Assembly (NCBI GenBank): GCA_013265495.1
Contig: MU058791.1
Coordinates: 62,001-126,000 of the forward strand
Direction of reading: 5' to 3'
Length of the DNA stretch: 64,000 nucleotides
DNA from: Vicugna vicugna
Lineage: Eukaryota
The position numbers and the translations under genes are program-made. The first letter of the stretch is position 1. Every line of letters starts with the position of its first letter. The notes beneath the pieces were generated by a model. It did no database searches and was not told the DNA's origin. It worked only from the letters and a program-made list of their open reading frames with translations. Shown here in pieces: positions 62,481 to 64,000 of the stretch.

Positions 62481-62660
62481 CTTTTTTTCTTTTAAATTGG
62501 AGTATAGTCGGTGCACGATGATGTTAATTCCTGGTGCACAGCAGAGTGATTCAGTTTTATATATATATATATATATTCCTTTTCATATTCTTTTTTATTA
62601 CAGGCTATTACAAGATATTGAATATAGGTCCCTGTGCTATAGAAGAAATTCTTTATTGTT
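62481..62660 (-). mobile_element. Artiodactyl L1 3' end, short
   Basis: aaattggagtatagtcgg...gcacagcagagtgattcagtt(TA)n...attacaagatattgaatataggtccctgtgctat. Confidence 0.85.
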
Positions 62661-62741
62661 CATGATCATAATCGCTCTTACTTCTTAAGTCTGTGTCCTG
62701 GGAACTGGGCCCAGATTTTTGAATATGTTCTCCCCAATTTC

Positions 62742-62855
62742 ACCAATTTTACAGATGAGGAAACTGAGGCTCAGAGGAGTTAAGCCGTAGGCAGAGCTGA
62801 GGTTGAAACCTGGTTCTGTCTAGTACCAAAGCCTGCTTCCCAAACCACTAGGCTT
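62742..62855. mobile_element. MIR fragment
   Basis: ttttacagatgaggaaactgaggctcagaggagttaag...gcagagctgaggttgaaacc. Confidence 0.85.
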
Positions 62856-64000
62856 TCCTGCTTGTGGCTACCTTGTGGTCCTTTCCAGGGGATAAAGGTG
62901 GGGGCCTATCAGGCTAATCCGAACAACAGGAAACTTTAAAAAAAATTCTTGTTTCCTTCTGGAATCCATTATTCATGGCATTTGCTTGTCTTCTTTAGGC
63001 TAATATTGAAATTAATTTGCATTTTGCGAGTGTACAGTAGACCAGGGTTTGGAGGGATAGATTGCAGCCTGGGAAGTCTGGGGAATCAAGGGTTAAAGAA
63101 AACCAGATTGAGCTTAAAAATTAGCCTCCTGGTACCAACAAACAGTGGCTGCAGAAGTAGGTAACCAAGGGTGTGCTGGCTACGTGCCCGAGTTTTCTGG
63201 TACATTATCAAATGATGAATTTCAAACTGTAGTGCAGTTTCATTAAGTTCAGACACTGCTAATTTGGAATTCACGGCAACTGGGCAGCAGCTGAGTTGAA
63301 GCTTTCCTGTGTTTCTGGAGCCAAACAATTTCTTTAAAGATCACGCACATGAATAAGACAAACAATGACCTGGGCTGTTCAAGGTAACTTGGTTTGGTGA
63401 ATTTTCAGCGTCTTAGATGCATTTCTTTCTAGCTGACAATAAATTAAGTACATGTCTTATTCCTAGTTTATTAAAGTGGCCCCAGAGAGACCTCTGTTAA
63501 GGAATATTATTCTGTCAGGCAGTCTTCTGTTAGCTGAAGTTGTCATTCTTTTCTAGAAAGTTCTGGGATTAAGAAGGTCTTAGGTTGTGAATAGCCTTCC
63601 TTCGGATTTAATGAGGTTTGACTTGTCTCTAAAAATTTCCATTTCTGAACCCACAATTCTTGAGTTGCAGTCAATGTCTGGTGTGTGGTGCCGTCACGTA
63701 CCTTGTTGTGAAGAAATCGCTGTGCATGAAGGAAAACCAATTAATTACAGTGGAAAGGGGTCGGCCTCCCCACTCAGGACTCTTTTTTTTTCTCATGGCC
63801 ATTTCTGGAAAAGACAAGCTGTCCTAGATTCATATAATTTTAGGGCTGGAAGGGAGCTTAAATATGACCAATTCCCTTATTTTCAGACATTTCTCAGGAA
63901 TAACCATTTCCTTGAAAAGAGCCCTAGAAAATGCAAAGAAAATCAGATGCTGCGCTGAGTCTGTCTTCCCAGACCCATGAGGTGTCTGTTGGCTTCTTTG

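Noticed and set aside
37700..64000. CAMK1D first exon or CpG-island promoter
   Set aside because: No CpG island or kinase-like coding exon is visible. If synteny holds, it lies beyond the window.

Overview
Mammalian genomic DNA, most likely a camelid (alpaca/llama/camel), inferred from about 10 copies of a tRNA-Ala-derived vic-1-type SINE and the absence of recognisable Alu, B1 or BovB elements. Positions 1 to ~37.65 kb hold the 3' part of CDC123 (ATP-grasp eIF2 assembly factor) on the + strand. Eleven coding exons (numbered 3-13 by my recollection of the human gene) all have GT-AG boundaries and join in one open frame ending ...LKLKRNQQEDA*, followed by a short 3' UTR with AATAAA. Exons 1-2 and the promoter lie upstream of the window. 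The remaining ~26 kb has no recognisable gene; by human synteny it should be the CDC123-CAMK1D interval. The rest is ordinary transposon landscape (L1, L2, MIR, MaLR/ERV LTRs, MER5, MER63, Tigger) plus two N gaps. I found no previously undescribed biological system. The most notable observations are a 5'-inverted (twin-primed) L1, a CpG-rich patch inside an old L1 suggesting GC-biased gene conversion, a 57-bp minisatellite, a candidate poison exon, and forkhead-motif clusters downstream of CDC123. Repeat family names come from pattern recognition, not database searches, and repeat boundaries are approximate.
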